From NCBI GenBank assembly GCA_041666205.1, contig JBAYHI010000003.1, forward strand, positions 13,215 to 77,214: DNA of 64,000 bases, written 5' to 3'. The position numbers were made by a program, and so were the translations under genes. The DNA comes from Patescibacteria group bacterium. GTDB taxonomy: Bacteria; Patescibacteriota; Patescibacteriia; UBA9934. The first letter of the stretch is position 1. Every line of letters begins with the position of its first letter. Shown piece after piece: positions 48,097 to 58,188 of this stretch. Under the pieces are notes generated by a model, which ran no database searches, was not told the origin of the DNA, and saw nothing but the letters and a program-made list of their open reading frames with translations.

Positions 48097-49291
48097 AACC
48101 GCGCCCTCCTTGGCGTTTCTAGTTGGAGCTCTTAGTACCTCGAATTGCTTCAAGGTTCCAGTTGAGCCCCCTAGAACACATCAGGCGATGCGGGCTAGGG
48201 AGAAGCTCGGAGTTGGCACTTTCGCAGCTCAGGCGAGTCTATTTTGTGGAAACGAGCGACCAACCTCGGTTTTGACCTTACGTGGACGCTTCGTGCATCG
48301 GTCAGTTGCACAAAGCGTTTCTCTCATCGTCACCTCGTGGTGAATGGTGAAGTAGATGCGAGATGGGCAAAGCACGTTGCCCGACAGAGTGTGAGCCCGC
48401 CCAGTTCTGGAGAGGCGCGGCTCATTGTTTACGATGGCGTGCTCCATCGGCCGGTTTTCTTGTCTTCCGCCCCGGCGAGCGGTTCTATATGAGGCTCAAT
48501 TCTTGATACCCCCTCCGGCGTATATGCCGGTTCGAAGTTCTCCGTCAGTTGTGGCTTCAGGCGATTTTGAATCGATGTGCCCGATGCCGTGAGTGAACGG
48601 AGAACGGTCTTGAGGACTAGCGACGAGTGTCGTGAGTCCTGTGGGACCCCCGAGACATGTTTTCACGCATGCTCAGGGAAGGGGTGAGGATCTGCTTCCT
48701 CAGGGCTCACCACTGCTTGCGGGCCAGGCAAGACGTACGGACAGGTGACTTCCGGATGCTTTGGTTTCGAGCCTAACGACGGTCCAGCGTATTGTGCTGA
48801 AGAATTCTCCATATCGGGATCGCTTCGTACTTGAGTTTCACCTCGTTCCTGACTCCCCGACACAAGAATTCGCATCTCCGCCGATTATTCTAACCCTCTC
48901 GAAAGGGCTTTTTAGTATTCCCAGGCGAATAATGTGACCTTACGGCCCCCGGGACACCAATTTCAACAGACCATTTCTTCCTTAATTTTCGAGCATCTCA
49001 CGTGTGCTCGGTATCGTTTTCCGAGTCGACTCGGAAAAATGAACGATTCTATTTTTTTGATGTACACCTCCCGGTTCGTTGTTTCGGTTGCGTGCGTAGA
49101 GCTATTTACGCAAACCACGACGGGTACATTGTACCTCCGTGTAGCACGCGTCTTCCGCGTGTGCTACGTGTTTTGGTTCTACAGTTTTTTGCCGCTGTAG
49201 TCCGGCAAAAGGTTCTTAAGGTCTCGCGGTGAAGCGGGACCCAGTCGAACCCCCAACTCGCGGTTTCATGCGCGGTTAGGGAAGATAGGGG

Positions 49292-49621
49292 CTAGTAGTT
49301 GTGGCCGAACGTTCGGCATCGGCGCATGGCGCCTTTGGCCCCGCGCCGGCGCGGGGAGAACCCGCACGCGTGGACGCGTTCGTCCGTCTCCACCGGCACC
49401 ATGAGCGCGGTGCCACCGTCGTCGGTCGAGACAAACTCGCCGACCACGGTCCCGGGGTTGGGAATTCGCGTGGCCCGCAGGCCGGGACGGAACTTCCCGT
49501 CGCCCTCCGGGATCATTGGCGTGAAATCCGACGCCGAGGTTTCCCCCGGCGCTTCGTACGTGGCGTCGACGGGGTTGCCGTCGGCGTCCGTGGCCTCGAT
49601 TCGAACGGTCTTCGTGGGCAC
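49292..49621 (-). CDS. Hypothetical protein (109 aa, GC about 68%)
   Basis: GTG start preceded by AAGGAGGGG with 5-nt spacing. Both strands carry long ORFs here because of the high GC, so the call is tentative. Confidence 0.35.
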   Translation of the reverse strand: MPTKTVRIEATDADGNPVDATYEAPGETSASDFTPMIPEGDGKFRPGLRATRIPNPGTVVGEFVSTDDGGTALMVPVETDERVHACGFSPRRRGAKGAMRRCRTFGHNY

Positions 49622-49938
49622 GGGCCCCTCCTTCGATGGTTAAGTTATGCGCACAAGCCTGGAGGTGAGTGCTACGCCAAAGCGTAGCGGCTCAGCACTC
49701 GTCTGAGCTATAACAGTGATTGCCGAAGCAATATGCTATACGGCACCCGGGTGTGTGCAGAAAGCAAGCCGGAGCCTGGTTCAAGCACTTGGGTACCAAG
49801 TCATTGTGTTATCGTCAGACGGAAATCCGACGACCAAAAACCCTACCTCCTCTCCCCCAGAGTTATGCGCACAAGTTGTAAAGATCACATCGAAGTTCAC
49901 AAATTTTTTGAACTTTGACGTGACCGCGAGATTTTTGA

Positions 49939-50376
49939 TTACTCGCTGGTAAGTTGGAATCCATTGGCGCGAAATCGTTCGCGTATGGCTTCCAGTTGCT
50001 CCGGGTATTTCTCCTTCATTTCCCGAAGCAGACGCTGTGCCGCCTCGTTGTAGGTTTCCATCCGAACCGTGTCTGGCGGTTCGAGGTGGATCCACAAGGG
50101 GACGGAGTCGAGATAAAAAGCGATTTCCGATAGCAGATAAGCTCTGCTGTCATATCGGGCACGAATACTCATCTCCTTGATTGAAATGCCCTTAGCTTTT
50201 TCTGGAAGCTGAATGGCAACCAATATGAAGATGATTCCCCATGCTCGACGTTCGGACATTGAAGTTTGTTTGAAGATCTCGACAAGGGTATCGATCATGA
50301 GCTTCTGAACCACGGATGCCTGAGGTGACACGAGTTTTTCAAGCTTTGTGCCCTGCATCATAATGAAATGAAGCAT
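49939..50376 (-). CDS. Hypothetical protein (146 aa)
   Basis: First ATG of a longer ORF (49939..50766). The upstream extension runs through a REP hairpin cluster and starts at TTG, so it is trimmed. Confidence 0.45.
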   Translation of the reverse strand: MLHFIMMQGTKLEKLVSPQASVVQKLMIDTLVEIFKQTSMSERRAWGIIFILVAIQLPEKAKGISIKEMSIRARYDSRAYLLSEIAFYLDSVPLWIHLEPPDTVRMETYNEAAQRLLREMKEKYPEQLEAIRERFRANGFQLTSE

Positions 50377-50560
50377 TCTAGCACGAAGATTAAAATCGCG
50401 TCTTTTCTGGAACCTCTCGAGGTCCCGTTGTATACGTTTTTTTATATCCAAGACGGTTTTTTCCTTTGAAAAAGAACCGGGAATAATAGCAGAAAAATAG
50501 CGATTTGTCAAGCCATACCAAGGCAATTTTTGGCGAAAATTGCGTGAATTGTGACGAATT

Positions 50561-50703
50561 GGGCAGGTCGCAGACCTGCCCGTACGGAATCGAATCCGCG
50601 TAGGGGCGGCCCAATGTGGCCGCCCCTTGGTAATATGATTCGAATCGAGGATGAAGCAATCAAATCGAGAATGACGGGCAGACGCTTGGGTCTGCCCGTA
50701 CAG
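50561..50703. repeat. BIME-like cluster of three GC-rich hairpins
   Basis: The three hairpins are 'gggcaggtcgcagacctgcccgtacgg', 'gtaggggcggcccaatgtggccgcccc' and 'gacgggcagacgcttgggtctgcccgtacag'. The middle hairpin is identical over 26 nt to the two copies inside the RAYT gene. It is flanked by inverted 'gaatcgaatcc / gattcgaatcg'. Confidence 0.75.
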
Positions 50704-50921
50704 ATTTGGATCTGCTGGAGTGTGGCCACGCAATTCCTGTCCTTCCGCCGGATTCCTCTTTGACAATGCTCGAGCCGGCGAATCGAAAAAAACAGGCTAC
50801 CGAACACAGCCCGACCGGAAAAACATGCCTGCCCTGGACGGTTTGGTTCTTCAGATGTTTTTCCGGGCTGACCAATTGCGAGGTCAGGATGGGCTATAAG
50901 AAAACAGACCCTTTCTTTTCC

Positions 50922-50986
50922 CCCCTCTTTTCTTTGGGTCCAGCAAAGAAAAGAGGGGCCAGGGTTAAAGGGGCAGGATGCCCCTT
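50922..50986. repeat. Two strong hairpins upstream of holB
   Basis: 14-bp perfect stem 'cccctcttttcttt-N9-aaagaaaagagggg' and 'aggggca-gga-tgcccct'. Followed by TATAAT (50993..50998) 9 nt before the holB ATG. Confidence 0.55.
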
Positions 50987-51007
50987 ATATGCTATAATCA
51001 CCTTGTT

Positions 51008-51904
51008 ATGACAGGGGATTTTAATGGCATTATTGGCCACCAGGCGCAAATTGAGTATTTGCGCAAAATTATTGCTGGCGAAAATGTGGCTCATGCCTAT
51101 TTATTCTCTGGCGCAGAGCGACTGGGGAAACGCACCATTGCTCGTGAATTTGCATCCATCATGCTCGGGATTGAGGAAAACGCCCTTGATACGCACCCCA
51201 ATTTCTATTTCGTGGATTATCCACTCGACGAAAAGACAGGCGAACCAAAACCCCACATCGATATCGATTCAATCCGTGATGCGCGAGAACGCATGCAACT
51301 TTCAACGTTTGACGGTGGGCGAAAAATCCTTCTCATTGATCACGCGGACAGCATGACGCTTGGCGCGCAGAATGCACTCTTGAAAACGCTCGAAGAACCA
51401 AGTGGCGATGCACTCATCATTTTGGTTGCCTGCATGCCCAAAATTCTTTTGCCAACGATTGTGTCTCGATCTGTTCACATTCGATTTGCTCCAGTTGCGT
51501 CGAAAATTATTTTGCAGTCGCTTGGCGACAAAGCACTTGCACTCAAAGAACTCGTCGAATCATTTGCCTATGGTCGTCCGGGAATTGCGCTGGAATTTTT
51601 AAACGATGAGCGTCGAGAGGAGATCGAATTGCAACGCAAGGATGCAAAAGCATTTTTTCGAGCGCCCCTTGCAAAACGATTTGGCATCATTGCAAGTCTT
51701 ACAAAGAAAAAAGAACGCAATGCCGTGCAGGAAGCGCTAAAAACCTGGCGCATGCAACTTCATGAAGATTTGGCTGAATCTCTTGGCACGCCAAGTGCAC
51801 TTCGCGTCGCAATTGCACTCAATGCGCTCGAAGAAGCCGATGAGTCGATTCGTCGCAACGGCAATGTCCCCCTTGCTTTAGAATATTTCGCAATTCATTT
51901 ATGA
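51008..51904 (+). CDS. holB: DNA polymerase III subunit delta-prime
   Basis: 'IIGHQAQIEYLRKII..NVAHAYLFSGAERLGKRTIAREFA', 'ILLIDHADSMTLGAQNALLKTLEEP' and 'SRS' sensor. AAA+ clamp-loader motifs lacking a full P-loop Lys-Thr, typical of delta-prime. Confidence 0.8.
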   Translation: MTGDFNGIIGHQAQIEYLRKIIAGENVAHAYLFSGAERLGKRTIAREFASIMLGIEENALDTHPNFYFVDYPLDEKTGEPKPHIDIDSIRDARERMQLSTFDGGRKILLIDHADSMTLGAQNALLKTLEEPSGDALIILVACMPKILLPTIVSRSVHIRFAPVASKIILQSLGDKALALKELVESFAYGRPGIALEFLNDERREEIELQRKDAKAFFRAPLAKRFGIIASLTKKKERNAVQEALKTWRMQLHEDLAESLGTPSALRVAIALNALEEADESIRRNGNVPLALEYFAIHL

Positions 51905-53013
51905 ATATGAACAATAAAAATGGCATAGGAAAGAGACCCTTCGCTATCGCTCAGGGTGACGGCATGCGGGTGACTTATTTTGTCGCGTCGCTTTGTGCGC
52001 TCATGCTCATTGGAGCGGGATGTCTCAACTCCACGGAAACTGCTACCAATGGCGGGCTTTGGAAAACTGCCGACGCGGGCGTGACCTGGTCACAGTTAGC
52101 CTCCCTCCCACAAACCAGTGGCGTTGGCTCGATTGGTGGCGTCAATGTGACCGCGCTCGAGATTGATCCAACCGATACGTCGGTGTTCTATCTTGGCACG
52201 GCACAAAACGGCATTTTCATTTCAACCGATTATGGAAGTTCATGGGCGCGACCAGAAGATAGCGATGCACGCGAAGGAGCGGTCGTGGATATTGAAGTGA
52301 GCCCATCGGATACGTGTACGCTTTTTGTCATGAAGACTGATCGAATTTTGAAATCAACCGATTGTGCACGATCGTTTGCAACGGTTTTTACAGAAACGCG
52401 CGAAGGCGAGGCGTTCACAACCATGGCCATGGACTGGTATAGCGCAAATACGATTTGGTCTGGCACTACGGCCGGGGACATCCAAAAGAGTCTGGACGGA
52501 GGCAAAAATTGGACCACAGTGTATCGCATTAAAGACGACGTGAGCGACATCATGGTGTTTAACGCCGATAGCCGCATTGTTTTGGTGGGAAGTTCGCGTA
52601 GCAGCGTTTATCGCACACAAGATAGCGGAGGCACGTGGACAGAACTTGAAGATACGTTTGAGGACTATACGAATTCCGACCGCGTGTACGGACTCGATCA
52701 AACCGCAAATGGCGGGAAAATTTTGCTCAATACCAAGTACGGACTTTTTGTTTCAAAAGATAAAGGCGTTACGTGGACTCCACTTTCGCTCATTACGTCG
52801 CCAGGGGAAGTGCGCATTTGGGGCGCTGCCATGCATCCAACAGACGGCGACATTATTTACTACGGAACGGGCGGAAATCTTTATCAGTCGCAAAATGGCG
52901 GGGAATCGTGGCTCACGGAAGAACTCCCATCCTCGCGTATGCCGTTCGTTCTCAAGGTTCACCCGGACTATTTGAATATCGTGCTGACGGGTTTTAATAG
53001 CGTTGAAGACTAA
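51901..53013 (+). CDS. BNR/Asp-box repeat beta-propeller lipoprotein (Ycf48/sialidase-like fold)
   Basis: Lipobox 'LIGAGC'. Six S-x-D-x-G-x-T-W repeats ('TADAGVTWS', 'STDYGSSWA', 'SLDGGKNWT', 'TQDSGGTWT', 'SKDKGVTWT', 'SQNGGESWL'). ATGA overlap with the holB stop. Confidence 0.75.
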   Translation: MNMNNKNGIGKRPFAIAQGDGMRVTYFVASLCALMLIGAGCLNSTETATNGGLWKTADAGVTWSQLASLPQTSGVGSIGGVNVTALEIDPTDTSVFYLGTAQNGIFISTDYGSSWARPEDSDAREGAVVDIEVSPSDTCTLFVMKTDRILKSTDCARSFATVFTETREGEAFTTMAMDWYSANTIWSGTTAGDIQKSLDGGKNWTTVYRIKDDVSDIMVFNADSRIVLVGSSRSSVYRTQDSGGTWTELEDTFEDYTNSDRVYGLDQTANGGKILLNTKYGLFVSKDKGVTWTPLSLITSPGEVRIWGAAMHPTDGDIIYYGTGGNLYQSQNGGESWLTEELPSSRMPFVLKVHPDYLNIVLTGFNSVED

Positions 53014-53052
53014 TTGACGTGAATCATCGCCATCTGTAACATACTATTCACT

Positions 53053-53595
53053 ATGAATTATTCCGTAGAAATTGCTCCGCTTTTGCAAAAGAATGTGGAG
53101 CATCTCCAGAAAGAATTAGGCACCCTTCGCACGGGCCGATCGTCCCCCGCACTTGTGGAGGATTTATCGGTTGAAGCATATGGTTCGCGCCAGCCCCTCA
53201 AGGCCTTGGCGAGTATTTCCACGCCCGACGCAAAAACAGTTCAAATTGAACCGTGGGACGCGAGCATGGTGAAAGCAATCGAAGTTGCGATTATGCAATC
53301 GTCCATTAATATTCCCCCAAACGTTGATGGAAAAATCATCCGCTTATTCATGCCCATGATGACCGAAGAAACGCGTCAGAAAATGGTGAAGGTCATGAAA
53401 GAAAAAATTGAAGAAGCGCGTGTTTCTGTACGAAAAGTACGCGAGGAATTCAAGAAAAAAATCGAAGCCGATGAATCCTTGAGCGAAGACATGACTCACG
53501 CCGAGCTCGAAACCCTTGATAAGAAAATCAAAGAAGTGAATGCAACGATCGACGACATTGGTAAGCGCAAAGAAGAAGAAATCATGAAAGTTTAA
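53053..53595 (+). CDS. frr: Ribosome recycling factor
   Basis: Full-length RRF-like: 'LRTGRSSPALVEDLSVEAYGSRQPLKALASISTPDAKTVQIEPWD'. Confidence 0.93.
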   Translation: MNYSVEIAPLLQKNVEHLQKELGTLRTGRSSPALVEDLSVEAYGSRQPLKALASISTPDAKTVQIEPWDASMVKAIEVAIMQSSINIPPNVDGKIIRLFMPMMTEETRQKMVKVMKEKIEEARVSVRKVREEFKKKIEADESLSEDMTHAELETLDKKIKEVNATIDDIGKRKEEEIMKV

Positions 53596-53597
53596 GT

Positions 53598-54914
53598 ATG
53601 GTAAGCATGGATACACTCGTGGCCTTATGTAAGTCACGCGGATTTATTTATCCGGGTTCAGATATTTATGGCGGTCTTGCCAACTCGTGGGACTACGGCC
53701 CGCTTGGCGTTGAACTGAAAAATAATATCAAGCAGGCCTGGTGGAAACGATTCGTGCAAGGGCGACTCGACATGGTAGGCATCGACGCCGCACTCATGAT
53801 GAATCCAAGCGTTTGGGAAGCGTCTGGTCACTTGGAGCATTTTACCGATCCATTGGTGGAGTGTCGTATTTGTCACGAGCGCTATCGCGCGGATCAAATT
53901 GATTTGCAAGCACCGTGTCAGAAATGTGGTGCAAAGGGTCAGCTCACGGATCCGGCATCATTCAACATGATGTTTAAAACGTTCATGGGTGCCAAAGAAG
54001 AAGGTGCGAACGTTGTGTATTTCCGACCAGAAACCGCGCAAGCGATGTTTGTGGATTTCCCACAGATTTTGCAAACCACACGCAAGCGCTTGCCATTTGG
54101 CGTTGCGCAAATTGGAAAAGCATTCCGCAATGAAATCACGCCTGGCAATTTCATTTTTCGTACGCGTGAATTTGAGCAAATGGAAATTGAATACTTCGTG
54201 AAACCCGATGCGTGGAAAGAAACGTTTGAGATGTGGCTCCAGGAAATGCATGGGTGGCTTGCGTTTTGCGGCATCAAAGAAACCGAAGCGCACGACTACG
54301 AACAGAAACCCGAAGAGCGCGCGCATTATTCCGATCGCACCGTGGACATTGAATACGATTATCCATTTGGTCGAAAGGAATTGTACGGACTTGCGTATCG
54401 CACCGACCATGATTTGCAATTGCATGCCAAACATTCAGGTGCGGACATGAACTATACCGATCCGACAACGGGCGAAAAAGTTGTCCCGCATGTGATTGAG
54501 CCATCGTTTGGTGTTGATCGAACCTTACTTGCGGTGCTTTTATCTGCCTACACCGAAGAAGAAGTGCCAACCGGCGACGGTGGTGTTGATAAACGTGTGG
54601 TTTTGAAAATCCCATCAGCGCTTGCGCCAATCAAAGTTGCCATTCTTCCGCTCTCGAAGAAACCGGAATTGCAGGGGCCAGCAACCGAGATTGCAAAAAC
54701 ACTCGCAAAGCATTGGCGGGTTGAGTATGACGAAACGCAATCCATTGGAAAGCGTTATCGCCGACAAGATGAGATTGGGACGCCGTATTGCATTACGGTT
54801 GATTTTGAAACGCTAAACGATCAGGCAGTCACGGTTCGTGATCGCGATACCATGAAGCAAGAACGAATTGCCATTGGAGAGCTGGAGGGCTATTTCCGAA
54901 CTCACTTAATTTAA
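53598..54914 (+). CDS. glyQS: Glycine--tRNA ligase (dimeric class II type)
   Basis: 'FIYPGSDIYGGLANSWDYGPLGVELKNNIKQAWW' and class II motifs 'FRNEITPGNFIFRTREFEQMEIEYF'. Anticodon-binding C-terminus. Confidence 0.92.
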   Translation: MVSMDTLVALCKSRGFIYPGSDIYGGLANSWDYGPLGVELKNNIKQAWWKRFVQGRLDMVGIDAALMMNPSVWEASGHLEHFTDPLVECRICHERYRADQIDLQAPCQKCGAKGQLTDPASFNMMFKTFMGAKEEGANVVYFRPETAQAMFVDFPQILQTTRKRLPFGVAQIGKAFRNEITPGNFIFRTREFEQMEIEYFVKPDAWKETFEMWLQEMHGWLAFCGIKETEAHDYEQKPEERAHYSDRTVDIEYDYPFGRKELYGLAYRTDHDLQLHAKHSGADMNYTDPTTGEKVVPHVIEPSFGVDRTLLAVLLSAYTEEEVPTGDGGVDKRVVLKIPSALAPIKVAILPLSKKPELQGPATEIAKTLAKHWRVEYDETQSIGKRYRRQDEIGTPYCITVDFETLNDQAVTVRDRDTMKQERIAIGELEGYFRTHLI

Positions 54915-54917
54915 TCT

Positions 54918-56201
54918 ATGTTGGAACCGAAGAAACTTAAAAACGGGATGCGCGTTCATCTCGTGCCTGTGCTTGGAACAACCGCCACCACCGTCATGGT
55001 CTTGGTTGACGTGGGATCGCGTCGTGAACCCGATGAGGTTTGGGGCGGCGCGCATTTTTTGGAACATTTGTGCTTCAAGGGCACAAAGAAATATCCAAAG
55101 ACTAAAGACATTTCTTCGCTCTTGGATCGCTACGGCGCGCAATACAATGCGTTCACCGGAAAAGATCTCACGGCCTATTATGTGAAAATCGAAGGCGGTA
55201 AAACAAAAATCGCAATTGATTTGCTCTACGAAATGCTTTTCCAGTCCCTGCATCGTCCAAAAGATTTGGAGCAAGAGCGCAAAGTCATTTTGGAAGAATT
55301 CAAAATGTATGAGGAAAATCCACTCATGCACGTGGACGATTTGCTTGAACGCGCTCTGTATCGTGGCACACGCCTTGGCAAAGACATTATTGGAAGCAAA
55401 AAATCGCTCGCCAGCATGACGCGCGCAGATTTATTGAAATTCCGCGCCGCACATTATGAGCCGTCGCAGATGGTTGTGGTCGTGGCAGGGGCAATTCCAG
55501 AAACGATTATGAAAACGCTCGAAGGATCCTTTGGAAAAGTCGCCACGGGGAAAAATGAAACGAAAAAAGAAGAATTAACGCTTGAAACATACGGCACGTC
55601 TTCAGAACCACGCATTGAGCGTCAATATAAAAAATTGGAACAAATTCAGGTGGGGATTGCGTATCCAACATTTGGGCGAGACCACAAAGACAGTGCGGCG
55701 CTTGGAATGCTCTCGTATATTTTGGGTGGCTCCATGAGTTCACGCTTATTCTTGGAAGTGCGTGAGCGCCATGGGCTTTGCTATTTTGTGCGTGCTGAAG
55801 CCGATGGATTCAAAGATATCGGAAGTTTCACCATTCGCGCAGGACTCGATGCTGCGCGGTTGCCCGAGGCACTCAAGGTGATTTTTGCTGAAGTCGAAAA
55901 GATTAAATCAAAAGGGGTGAGCGCAGAGGAACTCGCGTTTGCCAAAGATCACATTGCAGGCGCCACAAAGCTCGCATTTGAAGATTCATTTGCGCAGGCT
56001 GAATTTGTGGGTCGACAAGAAATCATGCTCGGCGACGTGAAAACCATTGAAGAGAAACTCAAAAAAATTCGTGCAGTCACGAAAGAAGATGTCAAGCGCG
56101 TGGCAAAACTCATCCTCACGCCGGAGCGGATGTCGCTTGCGGTGGTCGGCCCCTATAAAACCGACGCAGCTTTGCGCGAGGCATTACCCGTGATAAAGTA
56201 A
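54918..56201 (+). CDS. M16-family zinc metallopeptidase (insulinase-like)
   Basis: Inverted zinc motif 'HFLEHLCFKGT' (HxxEH) and a downstream Glu region. Confidence 0.85.
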   Translation: MLEPKKLKNGMRVHLVPVLGTTATTVMVLVDVGSRREPDEVWGGAHFLEHLCFKGTKKYPKTKDISSLLDRYGAQYNAFTGKDLTAYYVKIEGGKTKIAIDLLYEMLFQSLHRPKDLEQERKVILEEFKMYEENPLMHVDDLLERALYRGTRLGKDIIGSKKSLASMTRADLLKFRAAHYEPSQMVVVVAGAIPETIMKTLEGSFGKVATGKNETKKEELTLETYGTSSEPRIERQYKKLEQIQVGIAYPTFGRDHKDSAALGMLSYILGGSMSSRLFLEVRERHGLCYFVRAEADGFKDIGSFTIRAGLDAARLPEALKVIFAEVEKIKSKGVSAEELAFAKDHIAGATKLAFEDSFAQAEFVGRQEIMLGDVKTIEEKLKKIRAVTKEDVKRVAKLILTPERMSLAVVGPYKTDAALREALPVIK

Positions 56202-56207
56202 AGACGT

Positions 56208-56978
56208 ATGAAAACCATCGTTGGCAATTGGAAAATGCACCTGGGAATCCGGGAAAGTGTTGCCTTGGCCCGCGGGGTTGTGCGTCATTTGCGAGGGAAG
56301 CTTGAAACGCCCGATTTGGTGCTGTGTCCGTCGTTTACTTCGCTTTCGGAAGTGCATAAAGTGCTTGCGCGCAGTCGTGTGAGTTTGGGGGCGCAAGACG
56401 TCGGGTTTGATCGCACCGGGCCGTATACCGGCGCTATTTCTGCGGCCATGCTCCAGGATGTTGGGTGTGGGTATGTGATCATTGGTCACACGGAACGACG
56501 ACGATTTTTTGGGGAAACCGATCAGATGATTGAAAAAAAGATTTCCACCATCGACGACTCGAAGTTAACGCCCATTGTCTGTATTGGGGAGTCGTTCACA
56601 AAAAATCCAGCAGATGCGCAGCAAGAAATTCTAAGGCAACTCGATGTCTTCCAGGGATTTGATTTGCCACGCGGTCGCAAGCTCTATATTGCCTATGAAC
56701 CGGTTTGGTCGGTTGGCACGGGGAAGCCGGCTGATGTTGGCGCAGCAGTTGAAATAATCGGGCTGATTCGTGACACCATGGCATCGCGATTCGGTCTCAA
56801 GAGCCCACAGTTGCGAGTGCTCTATGGTGGTTCGATTGATCCGAAAAACGCCTATCAGTTTTTGCGTGAGGCACAAATTGATGGATTGATGGTTGGGGCG
56901 GAAAGTATTAAATTGCAATCGTTTGAAAAAATTATCGATGCAGCAATCGATGTTATGAATGCGCAAGCAAAATTGTAG
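56208..56978 (+). CDS. tpiA: Triosephosphate isomerase
   Basis: 'VGNWKMH', 'IIGHTERR' and 'AYEPVWSVGTGKPA' catalytic motifs. Confidence 0.95.
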   Translation: MKTIVGNWKMHLGIRESVALARGVVRHLRGKLETPDLVLCPSFTSLSEVHKVLARSRVSLGAQDVGFDRTGPYTGAISAAMLQDVGCGYVIIGHTERRRFFGETDQMIEKKISTIDDSKLTPIVCIGESFTKNPADAQQEILRQLDVFQGFDLPRGRKLYIAYEPVWSVGTGKPADVGAAVEIIGLIRDTMASRFGLKSPQLRVLYGGSIDPKNAYQFLREAQIDGLMVGAESIKLQSFEKIIDAAIDVMNAQAKL

Positions 56979-56980
56979 CT

Positions 56981-57796
56981 ATGTGGCTCACGATTCTTCT
57001 CACCGTTTTGATTGTTGCGGCACTTGGCGTGCTTATTTATTTGATGTGGAAAAAATGGCCACAGCTTCGGATGATTGATCCGGCTGCAGCCCCTGGGTCA
57101 AAAACACGCGAACTAAAAGGCGATTTGATTCGTCAGCGTGTTGAGCGTGCATCGTTTGAAAAACTGATGGGGGTGTGGCGCACCTATCTTCGCCCTGCGC
57201 TTTCCGCAACGCAAAATGGCATTCGCCGTCTTGCCGGGCGACTCACCGCAGCAGAACGTCGCTATCAGGAGCGCATGAAAAAAGATCGAGGTGAAAAGCC
57301 AACGACCACGGCCATGCGTCAGATGATTGAGGAATCGGAAAAATTGATGGATGAAGAACTGTGGGATCGAGCGGAAAAAATTCTCATTGAGGTGATTTCT
57401 GCCGATCCAAAGCATGTGTCTGCATATGAACATTTGGGATGGCTCTACCTGCGCAAAAAAGAATATGATTTGGCACGGGAGACATTCACGTTTTTGCGCA
57501 AACTTGCGCCAACCGATGCGAGTGTGATTGCAAGTCTTGGCGAAGTAGAAGAATTGCAAAACCATCCGCGCGAAGCCTACGAGGCGTATAAGCAGGCTGT
57601 GGACTTGAGTCCCAAGAATCCGAAATATCTTGATTTCTTCATTGGCGCCGCAATTGCGGTTGGGGAAAAACATGAGGCCATGAGTGCGGTTGACCGCTTG
57701 CGTGCCGTGAATCCGGAGAATCAAAAGATCGAGGAATTTGAAGCACAGATTGCAGAACTTCCGGGGATCGCAAAAAAAGAAGAAATTGCAGAATAA
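56981..57796 (+). CDS. TPR-repeat protein with N-terminal TM anchor
   Basis: N-terminal TM helix. TPR-like 'AYEHLGWLYLRKKEYDLARETFTFLRKLAP' and 'AYEAYKQAVDLSPKNPKY'. Confidence 0.6.
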   Translation: MWLTILLTVLIVAALGVLIYLMWKKWPQLRMIDPAAAPGSKTRELKGDLIRQRVERASFEKLMGVWRTYLRPALSATQNGIRRLAGRLTAAERRYQERMKKDRGEKPTTTAMRQMIEESEKLMDEELWDRAEKILIEVISADPKHVSAYEHLGWLYLRKKEYDLARETFTFLRKLAPTDASVIASLGEVEELQNHPREAYEAYKQAVDLSPKNPKYLDFFIGAAIAVGEKHEAMSAVDRLRAVNPENQKIEEFEAQIAELPGIAKKEEIAE

Positions 57797-57832
57797 AAAA
57801 ACCTCGGGGCAAGGCCTCGAGGTTTTTGATTT
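57797..57832. terminator. Bidirectional intrinsic terminator
   Basis: 'aaaaaaacctcggggcaaggcctcgaggtttttgatttt' between the convergent TPR gene and rpmG. Confidence 0.7.
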
Positions 57833-57871
57833 TACCCTCCGTAGCTCTGTTGTGGCAGAGCGAAGGACGGG

Positions 57872-58027
57872 TTACTTTGTTTCTTTGTGACCGGTATGGG
57901 CTTTGCATTGCTTGCAGAACTTTTGGAGTTCCAAGCGAGTTTTGAGGGTTTTGACGTTTTTGTGCACGCGGTAATTCACGGTTTTGCACGTCGTACACTC
58001 CAATTTGATCATGTTGTCTTGTGACAT
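57872..58027 (-). CDS. rpmG: 50S ribosomal protein L33
   Basis: 'MSQDNMIKLECTTCKTVNYRVHKNVKTLKTRLELQKFCKQCKAHTGHKETK' is an L33 zinc-ribbon (CxxC...CxxC). Internal ATG chosen over the 96-aa ORF. Confidence 0.85.
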   Translation of the reverse strand: MSQDNMIKLECTTCKTVNYRVHKNVKTLKTRLELQKFCKQCKAHTGHKETK

Positions 58028-58188
58028 AGGGATTGTTTGAATGGGGGAAGTGTACGTAATCGCGGCAGTTTTGTCAATTCCCGCAGGGGCTTGGATTGAC
58101 AAATCGCCATTTTTTTGATAGTTTTTTCGGTTCCTCGAGTGAGGACAACAGGTCATTCCCACTAGATTTTTCTCCGCGGAGGTTTGAA

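Noticed and set aside
47344-48135. 263-aa + strand ORF overlapping the island genes
   Set aside because: It lies opposite two SD-led minus-strand ORFs and looks antisense-like (V/L/R/E-rich). It is likely a GC-driven spurious ORF, although it cannot be fully excluded without expression data. The same applies to the 49299..49687 + ORFs.
49939-50766. 275-aa ORF reading through the REP cluster
   Set aside because: It starts with TTG, and its N-terminal 130 aa are encoded by three REP hairpins. It is trimmed to the first ATG at 50376. The peptide 'GRPHWAAPT' is just the hairpin read in frame.
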